A stretch of DNA of 64,000 bases, taken from the sequence record NC_024790.1; one strand, 5' to 3'. The position numbers were made by a program, and so were the translations under genes. The notes below the pieces were generated by a model that saw nothing but the letters and a program-made list of their open reading frames with translations, was not told the origin of the DNA and made no database searches. Positions 58,897 to 64,000 of this stretch are shown piece after piece (position 1 is the first letter of the stretch; each line of letters opens with the position of its first letter). This DNA is from Escherichia phage vB_EcoP_PhAPEC7.

Positions 58897-59418
58897 CTAT
58901 TCAAAAAGTTTACGGTCAGCCTGAATTTGTTTACCCAACTCAATTAGTTGGTTGTCACGGAGTCTAACAGTTGCCCTGAGTTCTTCAACCAAACGTCTGC
59001 CTTCTTCAAGACTGCTGTCGAGTCTGGCTGCATGGCTTGCAAGACTTCTGCACTCAAGGGTTCCGGCTTCGGCTTGACGTTTATATACCGATGCTCGTCT
59101 TTCAGACTGTTGCATCCGGCTGTCGTAATCACTGCTAACGCGAGCAAGCTCGCTTGCGTAATTACTCTCAGCCGTCTGCAACCGGGAAGTGAGTAACCCG
59201 ACTTCATAACTATGGTTTCTTTGGAGAGCATTGTATTTGTCCTGTAATTTTTGCGTTGCCTTCTGGTCTTCAACCTTTTGGGCATCCCACTTCTTTTGAA
59301 CAGTAGACTGTCCATTGGAATTGCCCCAAAAGTAAATGGTGGCCCCGAGGACCACCACCAGAAGATAAGGCCAACCCTTAGAGATTAGCATCTTCATTAC
59401 ATGCCTCCAGTGGCACAT
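58897..59418 (-). CDS. i-spanin (Rz-like; N-terminal TM helix plus coiled coil)
   Basis: N-terminal [15 protein letters not shown] helix followed by coiled-coil-like periplasmic domain; immediately downstream of the endolysin. Confidence 0.5.
   Translation of the reverse strand: MCHWRHVMKMLISKGWPYLLVVVLGATIYFWGNSNGQSTVQKKWDAQKVEDQKATQKLQDKYNALQRNHSYEVGLLTSRLQTAESNYASELARVSSDYDSRMQQSERRASVYKRQAEAGTLECRSLASHAARLDSSLEEGRRLVEELRATVRLRDNQLIELGKQIQADRKLFE
58944..59207 (-). CDS. o-spanin candidate (Rz1-like lipoprotein) embedded in the +1 frame of the i-spanin gene
   Basis: Embedded ORF with signal-like segment and Cys ([12 protein letters not shown]); start assigned to an internal Met. Confidence 0.4.
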   Translation of the reverse strand: MKSGYSLPGCRRLRVITQASLLALAVITTAGCNSLKDEHRYINVKPKPEPLSAEVLQAMQPDSTAVLKKADVWLKNSGQLLDSVTTN

Positions 59419-60013
59419 TACCGATTCGGTTAGCTACCCAACCATACGTAAAGTCTGGCATGTTCAATGAGGTGTAGTGGTTCAGCTGTTTAGCATCAAG
59501 TAACTTAATCATTACCTTACATGCTGCAACTTTGCCTCGTTTTTTCTGCAATGCTTTATATGCATTAACAGTACCTGCACCGACTTTACCATCAACTTGT
59601 ACTTTAGGGTAGTCTTTGCCATTACGGGACATTTCATTAAGGGATTGCTGCAACCATTTAGCCGGTCTGGTTACACCAGTATTAACACCAGCATCAACCA
59701 GTTTGTGTGTTACAGCAGGAGATATATCAGCGAAGGCTACGAAGTTAGGCTTAAGAACGTAGTCATCAATGTATATCTCAGCAGCCATTTCTTTCGATAA
59801 ACCCTTCATGGAACCATCCCAACCATACTCAGTAGCCAAAACTTCTTTATGAGACTTAGCTACTGATTGAGTAATACCATGATTAGTTTCCCCACCTGGG
59901 TCACGAGGATTGTTTACGTACCCTCCTTCCATATAGAACACTGCCCCCAGAATAGCAGCGACAACTCCTCCCACTGCACCACCTTTTGCAGCAAGTTTTT
60001 GTTTAGCTTTCAT
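59378..60013 (-). CDS. Endolysin, GH108-type N-acetylmuramidase with peptidoglycan-binding domain (211 aa)
   Basis: GH108 signature EGGYVNNPRDPGGETNHGIT; size matches N4 gp61. Confidence 0.75.
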   Translation of the reverse strand: MKAKQKLAAKGGAVGGVVAAILGAVFYMEGGYVNNPRDPGGETNHGITQSVAKSHKEVLATEYGWDGSMKGLSKEMAAEIYIDDYVLKPNFVAFADISPAVTHKLVDAGVNTGVTRPAKWLQQSLNEMSRNGKDYPKVQVDGKVGAGTVNAYKALQKKRGKVAACKVMIKLLDAKQLNHYTSLNMPDFTYGWVANRIGNVPLEACNEDANL

Positions 60014-60263
60014 GAGAATCTTCCTTTGGATGGAATCGTATTAGTCTGCCTACAATGTTTAAGGCAAATAGTGCGATTGTAATACTGGAACCATGTGGAA
60101 TATCTTCAAGGATGTGACGAGGTAGTCCTGTCAGCATTGGTTGGATAATATCTACAGCAGAAAACAGAATTAATCCAAATGCACTAATCTGAACAGATGC
60201 CCACTTCCAGGACTTCTTCCAGTTAGGTACTAACCCTATCTTTCTTTTTAGCTTGCAAACCAT
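60003..60263 (-). CDS. Holin-like small membrane protein (two TM helices; start trimmed from 60329)
   Basis: Two hydrophobic helices (ISAFGLILFSAVDII, ITIALFALNIVG); sits next to the endolysin gene. Confidence 0.4.
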   Translation of the reverse strand: MVCKLKRKIGLVPNWKKSWKWASVQISAFGLILFSAVDIIQPMLTGLPRHILEDIPHGSSITIALFALNIVGRLIRFHPKEDSHES

Positions 60264-60580
60264 GCGAATATCTCCCGTCTTGCAGCAGCCAATACACCAA
60301 TAAATGCACCTGCTCCAGCCCATACCCACTTACCAAAAATTCCAGCACCGGCAACTTTATGTTTAATAGTGATGAACTCTTCGATGGTAGGTTCAGACTT
60401 AGTGATGCTCTCCTCTACCCGTTTAAGCCGGGTACTAAGGTCGCCCATAGACTCACTTAGCTTTTTAATAGACTCTTCCATTTTCTCCCTTTCCCTCGAT
60501 TCACGGGTTTGGTTTTCGAAAATGTTTCTCAGTCTCTCTTCGAGTCTGGCTAGAGTTACGTTATCCGGTTCATTTCCCAT
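60248..60580 (-). CDS. Coiled-coil protein with C-terminal TM helix (110 aa), possible holin/antiholin
   Basis: Charged coiled-coil N-terminus and C-terminal GAGIFGKWVWAGAGAFIGVLAA helix. Confidence 0.4.
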   Translation of the reverse strand: MGNEPDNVTLARLEERLRNIFENQTRESREREKMEESIKKLSESMGDLSTRLKRVEESITKSEPTIEEFITIKHKVAGAGIFGKWVWAGAGAFIGVLAAARREIFAWFAS

Positions 60581-60805
60581 AGGGGATTTCTCAGGTTAGT
60601 TAAGTCAGGATTGACTGAAACAGTCTACATAAAGGATTGTTTGCGGTACAACAAAAACCCACCCCTACAGCCTAGTTGGCAGGTTGGAACCTGAAACATC
60701 GAGTAGCAATTGGGTCAACAGCAGTGAACACCAAAACAGTAAAACCCACATGGAGGCAATGAGCCTACGATGGGTCCCGATAATTCAATACCCTTCTGAT
60801 GATAA

Positions 60806-60836
60806 AACTAGCCCCACTTCGGTGGGGCTAGTTTTA
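60806..60836. terminator. Terminator hairpin downstream of the tail gene
   Basis: CTAGCCCCAC-TTCG-GTGGGGCTAG with T-runs on both strands. Confidence 0.55.
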
Positions 60837-60837
60837 A

Positions 60838-62973
60838 TTAAATCAATCCGTAAATGGTATTGTGTATTACGACGCCACCAACAACAGAGGAAACGTTGAA
60901 ATTAATTTCAGCTTTGTAAGCTCCTTGCGGAACGCAATCCACCAAAGCATAAAAGTTGAACGTGTTCCCTACTGGGATGATGTACCCTATGGAATCTGCT
61001 ACAGCATTCCCCAGCTGGTCCAAGAATCTCAATGACACCAGGGTGGTTGTTGTACTCTTAGACCAAAAACCAAATTGAAAGTAACGCCCAGGTTCACAGT
61101 CAATAATTGTTTGGGTGAAGTTAGCTGCTGCGTCAACCGATGGCACAGATAAAACAAAAGAAGTTGAAAACATTAAATCATTAGGGACATCGTTTCCTAC
61201 AGTAGCAGTGACAATGCCGGTTCCGGTTTGCGAGAGTGTCCAGTTAGATATGTTATTAAACTGCCCAGACCCATTACTAATACTATTAATATAGGGGCTT
61301 ACAATGCTTCCTAGATTCCAGTTAGTTGTGATGAATCCTGCACGGGGGAAGCACCCACGTGATGTAATCTTCTTACTAGAGCCACCTACTAACTGACGGG
61401 TTGGAAATCCAGTACCTACAGTAGTGTTACCATACAGTGGAAGTGAGCAGTTATTAAAACTAACTACCCCGTCACCGTTACTAACAATAGGCACTGTACT
61501 GTAGCCTTCCGGAAGCAGAAGCGTAGAATCTTTAATACTGAGTCGGGAGCTTCCATTCACAGTAAAGCCTACAAAACTCTGCCCAGGTTGATACTCAATA
61601 TTACCGTTAGCAAACACCAAGGTAGCATTATCACCCAATGCCATTACCGGGTCGAAGTAGCCTGCCTTTTTACCTGCTGGCAATGAGCATGAATCAAAGA
61701 TGAACTGCCCATTCTCAAAGGTAAATGGACCTCCATTATCAACCATCCAGCAGTGGTTGAACTTTATAACCTCACCTGCATTAGCCGGGGAATTAAAGAT
61801 TACAGAGTTAGTAAAACTACGAGAAATGATGCACTTATCAAACAGGACACGATATGCATTATCTTTAAACTCAATACCCGCAGTAGATATAAACCCGCAG
61901 TTAGCTATACGTAATTCTGCTACCTCCCCTGAGGTGCTACCACCCAAACACATCTTTCGAGCACCTTTACCTACAAAGGAGATTCCTGTTAATAAGGCGG
62001 TAGCATTAATGGCATCACGGGCTGTGTAATCTGTATTAGAGTTGGTTACGATTAAGTAATACTCCCCTGTTAAACCTTCCACTTCCGTAAGGGTACACTT
62101 ATTAGCTCCTACTAAAGATCCCTTAGCCACATCCAGTACGATAGGTGCACTAATGGTCCCTGAGGTAGGTACAAGACAGTCGTAACCGGCAGAGTTTACC
62201 TTGTTAATGAACGGAGCAATATCCCCCGTACCGGTATACCCAGCATCATACACGTCCACGGTGCCGTTGAAGAATTTCCTTTTCCATACCACCCCACTTC
62301 CTAAGAAGGTAACAATATTGTCTATAGTGGTATCCTCACTAACAGCTACCATAATACCACCACCAAGATTAAACCCGCTCACATACGAATCAAGGATTAT
62401 GGAATCGCCGATTGATCCTGATAATGATGATAACTCAGAAACCGATGATGCAGTTCCTATATAAGATAAGCCATTTGGTTTATTTAAATCACTCCTAAGA
62501 GCGTCAACACCAACACTTAACCATGCACCTAAACCAATGTCACCAGTGGTTTTAGGAGTCGAGTTAGCAAGAACTTCTTTAGGTAGCGTACCATCCCAAC
62601 GGTATTTACCATCCGTAAAGACAACCAGTTCATTCTTAGTATTAACAGTTACACCAGTAGTAAATGAACCAGGTAAGGTTACATACTCTTCTCGCGTAAC
62701 AGCAAGTGCACCTAAGTCTACACTACCAGCAGAGTGAACTAATACCCCAGCAGGACTAAGGCTTACAGCAGTAACCCCTGGACCAATGTCAGCAGGTAAG
62801 GAATAAGCACGTTGTGACGCTTTGTCATAGATGACTTTGTAACCAGTAAGTAGAGCACCCACTGAGAAGTAAACAACATCTGATTGCTTAACCCCAAAGT
62901 GACGGGCTACTGCTTGTTTATTGGTTAAGATTCCGGTTGAACCTTTACCACCTTGTGAGAACATTTCGTTCAT
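60838..62973 (-). CDS. Putative tail fiber / tailspike protein (711 aa)
   Basis: Gly/Ser/Thr/Asn-rich beta-rich sequence; position in the tail module. Confidence 0.45.
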   Translation of the reverse strand: MNEMFSQGGKGSTGILTNKQAVARHFGVKQSDVVYFSVGALLTGYKVIYDKASQRAYSLPADIGPGVTAVSLSPAGVLVHSAGSVDLGALAVTREEYVTLPGSFTTGVTVNTKNELVVFTDGKYRWDGTLPKEVLANSTPKTTGDIGLGAWLSVGVDALRSDLNKPNGLSYIGTASSVSELSSLSGSIGDSIILDSYVSGFNLGGGIMVAVSEDTTIDNIVTFLGSGVVWKRKFFNGTVDVYDAGYTGTGDIAPFINKVNSAGYDCLVPTSGTISAPIVLDVAKGSLVGANKCTLTEVEGLTGEYYLIVTNSNTDYTARDAINATALLTGISFVGKGARKMCLGGSTSGEVAELRIANCGFISTAGIEFKDNAYRVLFDKCIISRSFTNSVIFNSPANAGEVIKFNHCWMVDNGGPFTFENGQFIFDSCSLPAGKKAGYFDPVMALGDNATLVFANGNIEYQPGQSFVGFTVNGSSRLSIKDSTLLLPEGYSTVPIVSNGDGVVSFNNCSLPLYGNTTVGTGFPTRQLVGGSSKKITSRGCFPRAGFITTNWNLGSIVSPYINSISNGSGQFNNISNWTLSQTGTGIVTATVGNDVPNDLMFSTSFVLSVPSVDAAANFTQTIIDCEPGRYFQFGFWSKSTTTTLVSLRFLDQLGNAVADSIGYIIPVGNTFNFYALVDCVPQGAYKAEINFNVSSVVGGVVIHNTIYGLI

Positions 62974-63022
62974 ATAAACCTCTTTGTTTTTCTAGGAAAC
63001 CCCTCCGAAGAGGGGCCGTATA

Positions 63023-64000
63023 TTAACGCTCTGCAAAAATAGTAATACCCTCTAAATCGCCACCATTCGCTGTAGTATCAGCAGAAGCTGTAGCTCGTAC
63101 ATCAATAACCTGACCAGCATTAAGATTACCAAGGAATACACGAACAGTTGCAGAAATTGCATTAGGAGCACCAAGTGTCTTAACTGCACTATCTACATAT
63201 ACATCTAACTGTACGTTGCCTGCTGCTACGCGAATGTTAGCTAATACCTCTACATCTCTTAGACCACCAGCAGGAACAGTGAAACGACCTGCTGAATAAT
63301 TAGAAGTCCAACGATACATGTCATCAGACGTCTGTGGTGTAACGTAGTTAACTACACCTGGTGAAGTACCAATTGCCTGCCCATTACTGTTATACGCACG
63401 ATACACAGCACGACGTGGGAACAGAAGAATACCTCCGGATACTGCCTGTAAACCGGGTACAAACTGCCAACCAAATCCAGATGGGTCATAGTCAACAAGG
63501 GTATTAGCACCAGCAACGATATTTGCTTGGTTACGAACAACCCCACAATAAAGTTGAATATCTTTGGTAGTAATTTTACCTGCATACTCAGATGCAGAGG
63601 AATGAACAGTAATCATCCCACCATTGTTTTGACTATGATACCCACGGATATTAGTAAAGCTTACTCCAGTACGATTACTTATTGTAGAGGTAACCTCATC
63701 AAGATTAGCAATCATACATAGCTGTGCAGCAGTTTCTACATGGCAGTTAGCAACACCAACGCTACCATAGCTATTACCATAGTTATTCTCATCACCATCG
63801 GTAATATCCGTTACTGGTTCAACAAGGATAGTAGCACCACTAATATTGTCATTATGCTGTAACTCACCACCAATGAACATGACATTTGCACCCTTGGTAT
63901 GCAGGGTGTACTGAGTAGCTACAGACAGTCCACCGGGAGCACCAGATACAGCATTAAATCCAATGAAGTTGATATAAGTCTGATTACCAATTGCACGGAT
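63023..64000 (-). CDS. Tail protein, 5' end outside window (partial)
   Basis: Reading frame stays open from 63880 to the window edge with no stop, so the track Met at 63880 is probably internal. Confidence 0.45.
   Translation of the reverse strand: MRAIGNQTYINFIGFNAVSGAPGGLSVATQYTLHTKGANVMFIGGELQHNDNISGATILVEPVTDITDGDENNYGNSYGSVGVANCHVETAAQLCMIANLDEVTSTISNRTGVSFTNIRGYHSQNNGGMITVHSSASEYAGKITTKDIQLYCGVVRNQANIVAGANTLVDYDPSGFGWQFVPGLQAVSGGILLFPRRAVYRAYNSNGQAIGTSPGVVNYVTPQTSDDMYRWTSNYSAGRFTVPAGGLRDVEVLANIRVAAGNVQLDVYVDSAVKTLGAPNAISATVRVFLGNLNAGQVIDVRATASADTTANGGDLEGITIFAER

Noticed and set aside
1-64000. CRISPR arrays, integrase or lysogeny module, rRNA genes
   Set aside because: No spaced direct-repeat arrays, no tyrosine or serine recombinase motifs, and no rRNA-like sequence were seen; consistent with a strictly lytic phage genome.

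Overview
The window reads as most of the genome of an N4-like podophage (Schitoviridae-type layout), judged from gene order and protein motifs alone; no database search was run. Bases 1-36,600 are plus-strand: a 5' leader, about 20 small early genes split into mini-operons by intrinsic terminators, a two-subunit T7-like RNA polymerase (272 aa + 405 aa), then the middle/replication module (Ig-like decoration-type protein, AAA+ ATPase with vWA partner, dCTP deaminase, ThyX, rIIA/rIIB-like, helicase, family A DNA polymerase, PD-(D/E)XK nuclease, primase-like protein, RecA-like ATPase, SSB-like protein, RuvC-like resolvase). Bases 36,642-64,000 are minus-strand late genes: a 3,456-aa virion RNA polymerase, internal virion proteins, major capsid, portal, a lysis cassette (GH108 endolysin, embedded spanins, holin-like proteins) and tail proteins, with the last gene running off the window. 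Three things stand out. (1) Two related group I introns, each carrying a homing-endonuclease ORF, interrupt the DNA polymerase gene and the RecA-like ATPase gene; the second endonuclease has an in-frame TAG at a conserved Trp codon. (2) A roughly 1.5-kb non-coding island (about 33,880-35,410) is packed with perfect hairpins and four tRNA T-arm-like motifs, of which only one folds by eye into a canonical cloverleaf. (3) A candidate hairpin promoter of the type used by N4 virion RNA polymerase sits at 85-99. Start codons in the supplied ORF track include TTG/GTG and several N-terminal extensions were trimmed. All functional calls are from motifs and synteny and need HMM/BLAST confirmation.
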